From NCBI GenBank assembly GCA_051382305.1, contig JBBCAV010000384.1, positions 1-23,634 of the forward strand: a DNA stretch of 23,634 nt. Reading direction: 5' to 3'. The position numbers were made by a program, and so were the translations under genes. The stretch comes from Bdellovibrionota bacterium FG-2 (GTDB taxonomy: Bacteria > Bdellovibrionota > UBA1018). Positions within the stretch are counted from its first letter, which is position 1. Each line of letters begins with the position of its first letter. Under the pieces are notes generated by a model. That model did no database searches and was not told the DNA's origin. It saw only the letters and a list, made by a program, of their open reading frames with translations. This document shows, in pieces, positions 15,687-23,634 of the stretch.

Positions 15687-16937
15687 ATGCAAAACAGTAA
15701 AGAAACAAAACCGGGAAGTATAGAGTTTCCAAGTGGCATTCGAGTCGATCACGATCCAGATGATTTGTGGGGGGATTCGCGATTTGTCGTGAATATCGGG
15801 CCCACTCATCCGGCCATGCATGGCGCGCTAAGAATGGTCGCGCGGCTTAATGGAGAAACCATTGAAAACTCGTATTGTGAAATGGGCTATACCCATCGAG
15901 CAAAGGAGAAGTTGGGAGAAAATCGGACCTACCATCAGTTCGTCGTCTATACCGATCGTCTGAACTATTGCTCCTCCTTAATGAATAACGTGGGCTATTC
16001 GCTCGCAGTTGAAAAGCTCATGGGAATTGAGGTTCCGGAGCGGTGTATTTGGCTTCGGATGATTGTGTCAGAGATTTCTCGCGTCATTGATCACCTCGTT
16101 TGCGTTGGGATTAATGCTGTTGATTTAGGTGCTTTTTCATATTTTCTCTATGGTTATCACCAGCGCGAAGAGGCCTACACGCTCATCGAAAAACTTTGTG
16201 GGGCTCGCCTTACCGGATCCTATACTCGTGTTGGCGGACTCATGCAGGATGCGCCTGACGGATTTGAGCGCGAGGTAAAGGCCTGGGTCAATAAAACCAG
16301 AACCGTTTTGGATGAGATGGACCGTCTTCTTACTGGAAACAAGATTTGGCAGAAACGAACGGTGGGCGTTACTCCATTCAATAAAGAACAGTGTTTACAA
16401 TATAGTTACAGTGGGCCCAACGCAAGAGCGGCAGGCCTAGATATTGATCTGCGTCGCGATCAGCCTTACCTGTATTATAAGGATGTCGAATTTGATGTCC
16501 CCATTTGTCAAAACGGGGACACTTTTGATCGATATATTGTGAGGATCCATGAGATTCGGCAATCTCTGAATATCATTACCCAGTGTGCAGATCGCATAAA
16601 AAAGGGGCCGATTTGGACCGAAGATAAACGTGTGCGCATTCCTGATAAAGACGTCGTACATAATACAATGGAAGGTTTGATCTATCACTTTAAGTTCTTC
16701 ATGACGGGTTTTGATGTTCCGCCCGGTGAAGCCTATACTGCGATTGAGGCCTCAAATGGGGAGTTGGCTTTTTACATCGTCAGCAAAGGTGGACCCAAAG
16801 CGCACCGCATGCGAATTCGCGGACCCTCCGTATGGCATTATCAGGGTGTTTCTCCCATGGTAAAGGGCTGGAAGATTGCGGATTTAATTGGGGCTCTGGG
16901 CAGCATTAATGTGATTGCAGGCGAGTTGGATCGGTAG
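15687..16937 (+). CDS. nuoD: NADH-quinone oxidoreductase subunit D, canonical copy 2
   Basis: NIGPTHPAMHGALR, DRLNY, AVDLGA (His/Tyr/Asp quinone triad intact), MEGLIYHFK, GELDR. Confidence 0.97.
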   Translation: MQNSKETKPGSIEFPSGIRVDHDPDDLWGDSRFVVNIGPTHPAMHGALRMVARLNGETIENSYCEMGYTHRAKEKLGENRTYHQFVVYTDRLNYCSSLMNNVGYSLAVEKLMGIEVPERCIWLRMIVSEISRVIDHLVCVGINAVDLGAFSYFLYGYHQREEAYTLIEKLCGARLTGSYTRVGGLMQDAPDGFEREVKAWVNKTRTVLDEMDRLLTGNKIWQKRTVGVTPFNKEQCLQYSYSGPNARAAGLDIDLRRDQPYLYYKDVEFDVPICQNGDTFDRYIVRIHEIRQSLNIITQCADRIKKGPIWTEDKRVRIPDKDVVHNTMEGLIYHFKFFMTGFDVPPGEAYTAIEASNGELAFYIVSKGGPKAHRMRIRGPSVWHYQGVSPMVKGWKIADLIGALGSINVIAGELDR

Positions 16938-16961
16938 GCGTGAATTCGGCGGAGGATTGAA

Positions 16962-17438
16962 ATGGCAGAAAAAATACTTTCTAAAAAGTTTTATGATCAG
17001 ATGAAAAAATTGGAGCCCCGCTATCCCAATAAGGTAGCGCTTCTTATTCCCGCGCTTCATGCTGCTCAAGATGAGACGCGCTGGCTTTCGGATGCGGTGA
17101 TGGATGAAGTGGCGGGGTATATCGGAATTCATCCCGCACAAGTTCGAGAAGTAGCGAGCTTTTATACGATGTTTAATCTTAACCCCGTAGGAAAATACCA
17201 TTTAAAACTTTGCACAAATGTCGCCTGTTGTTTGCGAGGCGCAGATGAAGTGATGAAACATCTTGAAAAGAAGTTAGGAATTAAGTGTGGAGAAACGACT
17301 GCCGACAATAAAATCACCCTTATGGAAGAAGAGTGCCTGGGTGCATGTGGAACTGCTCCGGCAATGATGTTGAACGATGATTACCATGAAAATCTAGATA
17401 TTCAGAAGATGGATCGTCTTCTGAGTTCTTTGGAGTGA
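16962..17438 (+). CDS. nuoE: NADH-quinone oxidoreductase subunit E ([2Fe-2S] N1a)
   Basis: VASFYTMF, CTNVAC, ECLGACGTAP. GGAGG RBS. Confidence 0.97.
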   Translation: MAEKILSKKFYDQMKKLEPRYPNKVALLIPALHAAQDETRWLSDAVMDEVAGYIGIHPAQVREVASFYTMFNLNPVGKYHLKLCTNVACCLRGADEVMKHLEKKLGIKCGETTADNKITLMEEECLGACGTAPAMMLNDDYHENLDIQKMDRLLSSLE

Positions 17439-18733
17439 GTGCTATGTCAGAAACCGCGGAAGAAACAGTAGAAACGATGTTTATCCAGCACTTCCAAGAG
17501 GAGTCGCGTCCCTTAGGCTATTATCTAAAAAATATGGACGGTTATAAGACCGCGAAGAAAGCGTTCGGGATGTCCCAGGACGACATCATTGGCGAAATGA
17601 AAAAATCTTGGCTCCGGGGTCGTGGGGGCGCATCCTTTCCTACGGGAACAAAGTGGGGATTTATTCCCAAACAATCCCCCAAGCCAAAATATCTAGTATG
17701 CAACGCGGATGAGTCCGAGCCGGGGACCTTTAAGGATCGCGATATTATGCGATATACCCCCCACCTTCTTATTGAGGGCATAGTCATTGGTGGGTACGCG
17801 ATCGGCGCACATATTGGATATATTTACATTCGTGGAGAGTATGCTCGCGAAGCGAAGCTCTTGAATGAGGCCATTGAGGAGGCATACGCCGCTGGATGGC
17901 TTGGTAAAAATATCCAAGGGAGCGGATTTGATTTCGATTTGACCGTCCATCGCGGGGCCGGAGCCTACATTTGTGGCGAAGAAACTGCACTCCTTAATTC
18001 ACTTGAAGGAAAAAGGGGTGAGCCCAGAGTTAAACCTCCTTTTCCTGCTCAGGCAGGGGCGTTCGGAGGTCCAACGATCGTTAATAACGTAGAAACTTTG
18101 GCTTCTGTCCCCTTCATTATTAAGAACGGTGGCGATTGGTATGCGAAGCTTGGAAAATTAGAAAAATCCGGCGGGACACGGCTTTTTTGTGTCTCAGGCC
18201 ATGTCAAGAAACCCGGGGTTTATGAGTTTCCTTCCGGATCTGTTACATTACGTCAAATCATCTATGAGCACTGTCATGGGATTCTGGGAGACAAGAAACT
18301 TAAGGCAGTGATTCCGGGGGGATCGTCCGCCCCGGTTTTAACTGCAGATGAAATTGATGTCGTGGCTGATATTGAACCGTTGGCAAAAATTGGAACCATG
18401 TTGGGCTCCGCGGCCCTCATCGTAGTGAGTGAAGACTATTGCCTCGTAAAACTCCTCAAGAGGATCGCACATTTTTATGCCCACGAGTCCTGCGGTCAGT
18501 GCACGCCTTGCCGAGAGGGAACGCGCTGGATGTGGGATATTATTGAACGCATTGAAGAAGGGCATGGTCGAGAACAAGATATACAGATGCTCCTGGACAT
18601 CTCCGAAAATGTAAGCATGAAAACTTTGTGCGCTCTCGGGGACGCGGCCGCAGGGCCCGTGATGAGCTTTGTTAAAAAATTCAGAGCCGATTTTGAAGCG
18701 CATATTCGAGGTGGCAAATGCCCAAATGTATAA
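17435..18733 (+). CDS. nuoF: NADH-quinone oxidoreductase subunit F (FMN, N3)
   Basis: LRGRGGASFPTG, NADESEPGTFKDR, GAGAYICGEETALLNSLEG, ESCGQCTPCREG, CALGD. Start is either GTG 17435 (GTGA overlap) or ATG 17444 (GGAG 8 nt upstream). Confidence 0.97.
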   Translation: MSAMSETAEETVETMFIQHFQEESRPLGYYLKNMDGYKTAKKAFGMSQDDIIGEMKKSWLRGRGGASFPTGTKWGFIPKQSPKPKYLVCNADESEPGTFKDRDIMRYTPHLLIEGIVIGGYAIGAHIGYIYIRGEYAREAKLLNEAIEEAYAAGWLGKNIQGSGFDFDLTVHRGAGAYICGEETALLNSLEGKRGEPRVKPPFPAQAGAFGGPTIVNNVETLASVPFIIKNGGDWYAKLGKLEKSGGTRLFCVSGHVKKPGVYEFPSGSVTLRQIIYEHCHGILGDKKLKAVIPGGSSAPVLTADEIDVVADIEPLAKIGTMLGSAALIVVSEDYCLVKLLKRIAHFYAHESCGQCTPCREGTRWMWDIIERIEEGHGREQDIQMLLDISENVSMKTLCALGDAAAGPVMSFVKKFRADFEAHIRGGKCPNV

Positions 18734-20130
18734 TTGACGGGCGCGAGGCGGAGTTTAAGCCTGGCGAAAATCTCATTGAGGTTGCGAAACGTGTTGGGGT
18801 AGAAATCCCGGTATTTTGTTATCATCCTGGCTTGACCGTCGTAGCGCAGTGTCGAATGTGCGCGGTTGAAATTGAGAAGAACCCAAAACTTCAAACGGCT
18901 TGCTCCACGCCGGCAACTGAGGGAATGGTGGTTCACACGACTACGCCTAAGGTTGTTCAAAATCAAAAAGCGATAATGGAGTTCTTGCTTATTAATCATC
19001 CACTGGACTGTCCGATCTGCGACAAGGCGGGAGATTGTGATCTCCAAGACAATTCTTATAAATTTGGCAGTCCCTATTCTCGTTACACAGAAGAACGCCG
19101 TACGTACCTTGATCTCGATATGGGCCCGGTCATTAAAAAGAACATGAATCGCTGCATTCACTGCACGCGATGTATCCGTTTTGGCGACGAGATTGCGGGT
19201 ATTCGCGAGATGGTGGCCACGAAACGCGGAAACTGGACAGAGATTTCAACTTTAAATACAAACCCCCTTGCGACGGAATACGCGGGAAATTATGCGGATA
19301 TTTGTCCAACAGGCTCCCTTACCGTAAAAGACTTTCGCTTTAAGAAGAGATCGTGGCTTCTAAAAAAGACCCCAACGATTTGTGAGGGATGTTCTCGGGG
19401 GTGTGCCATTGAGGCACAACAAGACGGTAATGTAGTTTATCGTTGCCTGGCGCGAGAAAACCTCGCTGTTAATAAATATTGGATATGCGATGAGGGGAGG
19501 TTCAATTTTCATTACGTGCATGACGCCTCTCGGGTTCTTGAGCCCGCACAAAAAGGTGGCGCTTCTCTAGGCCCCACAAGTTGGGAGCAAGCGCTTGAAG
19601 TTGTTCGGGACGTAACGGCAGGTAAGAAGCTCCTGGTGCTGGTGGGATCTGATCTTACATTAGAAGAAGGTCAGCAGATCTTGGATTTCGCTAAAGCTAA
19701 GTATTCTTCGGCCTCCGTTTACCACTTTGGCACACCTGGAATTGGAATGACTAAAGAGGACGCTCAGGCCGATCCTATTTTAAAGATGAAAAGCAAAACC
19801 TCGAATCTTAACGGAATGGCAAATCTTGGAATTAAGCCATTTGATGGCGCGCTTTCTGGTTTCGACATTGCGGCGGTCTTCCGGGGAGGTAGAGCGATAG
19901 TGCCAGAGCTTAAGAGCATGAAGCGGGTTGGCATAGGCGTATTCAATCTTCCCCAAGCTGAAAAATATGAGGCGGTACTTCCAAGTTTGAGCTTCCTTGA
20001 AAAAGCTGGGACAATTGTCAATTTCCAGGGAATAGAACAAAAACTCAAGCCGGCGATTAAGCCCCTTGGGCAAAGCAAAGCCATTTCAGAGATTTTGATG
20101 ATGTGGGCTAACGGCGGGAAAAAGGTGTGA
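18718..20130 (+). CDS. nuoG: NADH-quinone oxidoreductase subunit G, short form (470 aa) with N1b, N5, N4 and N7 motifs
   Basis: CYHPGL..AQCRMC..TAC (N1b), HPLDCPICDKAGDC (N5), CIHCTRC...DICP (N4), CEGCSRGC...WICDEGRF (N7), C-terminal LPSLSFLEKAGTIVNFQG. Confidence 0.95.
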   Translation: MPKCIIDGREAEFKPGENLIEVAKRVGVEIPVFCYHPGLTVVAQCRMCAVEIEKNPKLQTACSTPATEGMVVHTTTPKVVQNQKAIMEFLLINHPLDCPICDKAGDCDLQDNSYKFGSPYSRYTEERRTYLDLDMGPVIKKNMNRCIHCTRCIRFGDEIAGIREMVATKRGNWTEISTLNTNPLATEYAGNYADICPTGSLTVKDFRFKKRSWLLKKTPTICEGCSRGCAIEAQQDGNVVYRCLARENLAVNKYWICDEGRFNFHYVHDASRVLEPAQKGGASLGPTSWEQALEVVRDVTAGKKLLVLVGSDLTLEEGQQILDFAKAKYSSASVYHFGTPGIGMTKEDAQADPILKMKSKTSNLNGMANLGIKPFDGALSGFDIAAVFRGGRAIVPELKSMKRVGIGVFNLPQAEKYEAVLPSLSFLEKAGTIVNFQGIEQKLKPAIKPLGQSKAISEILMMWANGGKKV

Positions 20131-20140
20131 GAGGCATATA

Positions 20141-21226
20141 ATGGATACATTCGATTGGATTACAACCGCAGTTAAAATCCTACTAGTCGTGGTTCCTCTT
20201 TTATCGGTCGTACCGATTATGGCCTGGGTGGAACGAAGAGGTTCTGCTTTGCTGCAAAATCGACTGGGACCCAATCGGATTGGGCCCCTAGGCTTGTTTC
20301 AGGCAATTGCAGATGCGATAAAGTTTATTGGAAAAGAAGACCCCATTCCGGGGCACGTAGCAAAGTTCTACTATGTTCTAGCACCCCTCGCCTCTTTGGT
20401 GGTGCCGTTTTTAACTTTTGCCGTGATTCCCTTTGCAAGTTCGCTCACCGTGGATGGTAGGACGATCAATTTCCAGATTGCAAATCTTAATGTGGGCTTT
20501 CTTTATATTTTAGCAGTCGGGTCTCTGGGTGTTTACGGAATCATCATGGCGGGCTGGTCTTCGAACAACAAATATTCCCTTCTCGGGAGTCTTCGAAGTT
20601 CCTCGCAGATGATTAGCTATGAGCTTTCAATGGGGCTTTCGGTAATAGGAATTGTGATGGCGTTTTCAAGTGTGAATTTGGGTGAAATTGCTATCGCCCA
20701 GGGCGATGTTTTGTTGACTTTAGGTCCTCTGACCCTCCCAAAGTGGGGCGTCCTCATTCAGCCATTAGGGTTTCTCATTTTCTTAACTACTGCTTTTGCA
20801 GAAACAAATCGTCTTCCTTTTGATTTACCCGAAGGAGAATCTGAAATTATTGCAGGCTATCACCTAGAGTATGGTTCGATGAAATTTGCGATGTTCATGA
20901 TGGCTGAGTACATGAATATGGCGGTCGCTTCAGGATTTATTGTCGCACTTTATTTTGGGGGCTGGCAAATGCTGCCGGGGATGCATGCGGTGCTGAGCGT
21001 CATGGGTCTTTCGGGTCTTACTTTTGATCTCGTTCGGGTAGCCTTTGAGGCAATTTCATTTTTAATAAAGCTTTCCTTTTTTATGTGGTTCTTTGTTTGG
21101 GTACGTTGGACCCTTCCGCGTTTTCGCTATGACCAACTCATGGATTTTGGGTGGAAGGTTCTTCTCCCTCTTTCGATCGCAAACATTTTCATCACAGGGG
21201 TGATGATTTACTACCGGTGGTACTGA
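20141..21226 (+). CDS. nuoH: NADH-quinone oxidoreductase subunit H, canonical copy 2
   Basis: ERR..QNRLGPNR, GWSSNNKYSLLGSLRSSSQMISYE, AETNRLPFDLPEGESEIIAGYHLEY, MAEY, RWTLPRFRYDQLM. Confidence 0.97.
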   Translation: MDTFDWITTAVKILLVVVPLLSVVPIMAWVERRGSALLQNRLGPNRIGPLGLFQAIADAIKFIGKEDPIPGHVAKFYYVLAPLASLVVPFLTFAVIPFASSLTVDGRTINFQIANLNVGFLYILAVGSLGVYGIIMAGWSSNNKYSLLGSLRSSSQMISYELSMGLSVIGIVMAFSSVNLGEIAIAQGDVLLTLGPLTLPKWGVLIQPLGFLIFLTTAFAETNRLPFDLPEGESEIIAGYHLEYGSMKFAMFMMAEYMNMAVASGFIVALYFGGWQMLPGMHAVLSVMGLSGLTFDLVRVAFEAISFLIKLSFFMWFFVWVRWTLPRFRYDQLMDFGWKVLLPLSIANIFITGVMIYYRWY

Positions 21227-21229
21227 GCT

Positions 21230-21673
21230 ATGCTTGTTAAAAACAAGAAGTCTATTTGGTACGAAATTTACGTCGTCGATATCCTAAAGGGTCTCTATAT
21301 TACGATGAGGAACATGCTTTTTGCCCCCAGCGTGACGATTGAGTATCCCGAGGTTCGGCGGAACTACTCGGATCGGTTCAGAGGTATGCACTATATCAAG
21401 TCCGTAAATGGCGTTGAAAATTGTACGGCGTGCATGCTTTGTCCGACGGTCTGTCCTGCTGAGTGCATTCATATTGAGGCGGGAGAGCGGCCCGATAAAG
21501 AAAAGTATCCTGTTAAGTTCGAGGTTGATCTTTTGCGCTGCTGCTTTTGTGGAATGTGCGAAGAGGCGTGCCCAAAAGACGCCATAAAGTTGAGTAACAT
21601 TTACGAAATGTCCGTTAGCAAGAGAACGGTCTATGACAAGGCTTATTTAGCCGAACAGCGGGGGAACAAATAA
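21230..21673 (+). CDS. nuoI: NADH-quinone oxidoreductase subunit I, canonical copy 2
   Basis: TIEYPE, RFRGMH, CTACMLCPTVCP, RCCFCGMCEEACP. Confidence 0.97.
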   Translation: MLVKNKKSIWYEIYVVDILKGLYITMRNMLFAPSVTIEYPEVRRNYSDRFRGMHYIKSVNGVENCTACMLCPTVCPAECIHIEAGERPDKEKYPVKFEVDLLRCCFCGMCEEACPKDAIKLSNIYEMSVSKRTVYDKAYLAEQRGNK

Positions 21674-22197
21674 TGGATATTTCTCCAGTATTTTTCTACA
21701 GTTTTGCTGCAGTAGCGATTGCTTTTTCCGCCATGGTAGTTTTAAAGAAGAGTCCGATCGCCAGCGCACTTAGTCTTGTGATCGTGTTTTTTTGTTTTGG
21801 TGCCTTTTACGCCATGCTGGACGCACATCTCGTAGCGGCCCTCCAAATACTCGTTTACGCGGGCGCGATCATGGTGCTGTTTGTTTTTGTGATCATGCTC
21901 CTCAATGTTGATGCCCCTTCATTGGACACCATGAAGGCTGGGCGGTTAGGGCGCGCGGTGATTATTGCTCTTACCCTCGGCCTTTTTTCTCTTTTTGTGT
22001 GGGCGTTTAAAGAAACGGCAGCGCCTGCGCCCGCAGGGGCCTTTACGTTACAGAAAATTCAAGAAGCCGGTGGAAATACCCGTGTGCTCTCGGAGTTGAT
22101 GTTTTCAGAGTATATCTTACCTTTTGAGCTCACATCTGTTTTGCTTTTAGGCGCAATTGTAGGTGCCGTTGCTATCGCTAAGAGGAGGTCAGTATGA
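21673..22197 (+). CDS. nuoJ: NADH-quinone oxidoreductase subunit J, canonical copy 2
   Basis: LQILVYAGAIMVLFVFVIMLL, YILPFELTSVLLL. Confidence 0.96.
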   Translation: MDISPVFFYSFAAVAIAFSAMVVLKKSPIASALSLVIVFFCFGAFYAMLDAHLVAALQILVYAGAIMVLFVFVIMLLNVDAPSLDTMKAGRLGRAVIIALTLGLFSLFVWAFKETAAPAPAGAFTLQKIQEAGGNTRVLSELMFSEYILPFELTSVLLLGAIVGAVAIAKRRSV

Positions 22198-22502
22198 TGC
22201 GCGTTGAACCCTGGGTTGTCTTGGCGTTTTGTTCGGCCATTTTCTTTATTGGCTTTGCAGGCGTGTTGATGAGGCGAAATGTAATTATCATAATGATGAG
22301 TATCGAGCTCATGTTGAACGCTGTAAACCTAACCTTCGTCACGTTTTCTAAACAGTTGAACCATATGGGTGGTCAAATGTCGGTCTTCTTTATTATTACG
22401 GTCGCTGCAGCAGAGTCTGCTATCGGACTTGGCCTGGTTGTTGCGATGTTTCGGACGCTTCGAAGCGTGGACACGGATCAAATTAAACTTTTACGGGAGT
22501 GA
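22194..22502 (+). CDS. nuoK: NADH-quinone oxidoreductase subunit K, canonical copy 2
   Basis: RRNVIIIMMSIELMLNA, VAAAESAIGL. GAGGAGG RBS. Confidence 0.96.
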   Translation: MMRVEPWVVLAFCSAIFFIGFAGVLMRRNVIIIMMSIELMLNAVNLTFVTFSKQLNHMGGQMSVFFIITVAAAESAIGLGLVVAMFRTLRSVDTDQIKLLRE

Positions 22503-22507
22503 CCCAA

Positions 22508-23634
22508 ATGCTAGTATTAGTCCCACTTTTTCCGCTCATTGGTTTCCTCATTAATGGAGTTTGGTATGCTGGGTTTCAAGCGCCGCCCGGAAAGCATAAG
22601 GCGCATTCTGGAGTGACCGGCGTAATTGCCAGTCTCTCGATTTTAGCTTCTTTCATCGTTTCCTGTATGCTCTTTATTCAATTAAAAGACATGCCCGAAG
22701 AGGGGCGCGCTATCAATCAGGTCCTTTTTTCGTGGATGAGTGTGGGAAATTTTTCGTTGGATATGGCTCTCCGGGTTGATCCCCTTTCCTCACTATTTAC
22801 GTTAGTGATCACTGGGGTCGGGACTTTGATTCATATCTACTCGATTGGGTATATGCATCACGATGAAACACCAGGAAAGTTTTTTGCCTATTTGAATCTC
22901 TTTTGTTTTGCGATGTTGATGCTGGTCTTGGGTGCGTCCCTTCCAATTATGTTTTTGGGGTGGGAAGGTGTGGGTCTGTGCAGTTACTTGCTCATTGGAT
23001 ATTGGTACCAAGATATTGAAAAGGCCAAGGCAGGAAAAAAAGCTTTTGTTGTGAACCGAATTGGTGATTTTGGTTTTCTCTTGGGCATGTTTCTCATCTT
23101 TTCGACGTTTGGTACCTTAGATTTTGCAGCTCTTCGAGAAGGATTGGGAGGTGTACACGCCTCCATCCCACCCTCTGTTAGTGTCGGGACGATCACCGCG
23201 ATCTGTGTCCTTCTTTTTGTGGGTTGCATGGGCAAGTCGGCGCAGATTCCACTATTCGTTTGGCTGCCTGATGCGATGGCGGGTCCCACCCCTGTTTCAG
23301 CTCTCATCCACGCGGCCACGATGGTGACCTCTGGGATCTATTTGGTCGCACGGCTAAATTTTCTCTATAGTCTTTCCCCAGTGGCGCTCGAAGTCGTTGC
23401 GTCTGTAGGCGTGTTTACCGCGTTCTTTGCAGCGACGATTGCGATTACACAAACGGATATTAAAAAGGTTCTTGCTTACTCCACTGTTTCGCAGCTGGGG
23501 TACATGTTCCTGGCTTGCGGTGTTGGCGCTTACACTGCAGGCGTTTTTCATGTGATTACTCATGCCTTCTTTAAGGCCCTTTTGTTCTTGGGGGCTGGCA
23601 GTGTGATTCACGGAATGCACGAAGAGCAAGATAT
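22508..23634 (+). CDS. nuoL: NADH-quinone oxidoreductase subunit L, canonical copy 2; truncated by the window edge
   Basis: Not in the ORF track; translated by hand from ATG 22508: MLVLVPLFPLIG... with GWEGVGLCSYLLIGYW, NRIGD, GKSAQIPLFVWLPDAMAGPTPVSALIHAATMV, DIKKVLAYSTVSQLG, THAFFKALLFLGAGSVIH. Confidence 0.96.
   Translation, partial: MLVLVPLFPLIGFLINGVWYAGFQAPPGKHKAHSGVTGVIASLSILASFIVSCMLFIQLKDMPEEGRAINQVLFSWMSVGNFSLDMALRVDPLSSLFTLVITGVGTLIHIYSIGYMHHDETPGKFFAYLNLFCFAMLMLVLGASLPIMFLGWEGVGLCSYLLIGYWYQDIEKAKAGKKAFVVNRIGDFGFLLGMFLIFSTFGTLDFAALREGLGGVHASIPPSVSVGTITAICVLLFVGCMGKSAQIPLFVWLPDAMAGPTPVSALIHAATMVTSGIYLVARLNFLYSLSPVALEVVASVGVFTAFFAATIAITQTDIKKVLAYSTVSQLGYMFLACGVGAYTAGVFHVITHAFFKALLFLGAGSVIHGMHEEQD

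Noticed and set aside
542-23629. Numerous 60-220 aa antisense or alternate-frame ORFs (e.g. 18496-19161, 9017-9400, 10896-11306, 22984-23319)
   Set aside because: All overlap well-supported genes and show no recognisable family motifs; they are shadow ORFs.
4269-23634. Assembly artefact or recent tandem duplication
   Set aside because: The two sets share only protein-level motifs, with no visible long nucleotide identity, and differ in gene content and indels.
1-23634. CRISPR arrays, tRNA/rRNA genes, IS elements, intrinsic terminators, riboswitches
   Set aside because: The window is almost entirely coding and the largest intergenic gap is 68 bp. I saw no repeat arrays, transposase motifs or hairpin-plus-U-tract structures.

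Overview
Bacterial chromosomal window, roughly balanced GC. The gene order and sequence style suggest a delta-proteobacterial/Bdellovibrionota-like organism, but that is a low-confidence inference. On the minus strand, mfd (transcription-repair coupling factor) is followed by a secreted parvulin/PpiC-type foldase that runs off the left edge. A 68-bp spacer holds two overlapping divergent sigma70-type promoters. On the plus strand, one apparently continuous >19-kb operon carries two respiratory complex I gene sets in tandem. Set 1 (4269-14151) is an 11-subunit 'headless' set (nuoA,B,C,D,H,I,J,K,L,M,N-like; no nuoEFG). Set 2 (14186->23634) is a canonical nuoA-L... set with all catalytic motifs intact. 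Set 1 is the striking part. Every ORF is full length and tightly coupled, several have strong RBSs, and the Fe-S ligands for clusters N2, N6a and N6b are kept. Yet it has lost the quinone-site His/Tyr/Asp triad in NuoD, the E-channel acids in NuoH/A/K and the NuoJ Tyr, and nearly all central-axis Glu/Lys/His residues of NuoL/M/N. It also has no [NiFe]-hydrogenase cysteines. It looks like a maintained, catalytically rewired 'pseudo-complex I' co-expressed with a normal complex I. All residue comparisons were made by eye against set 2 and against known E. coli/Thermus motifs.
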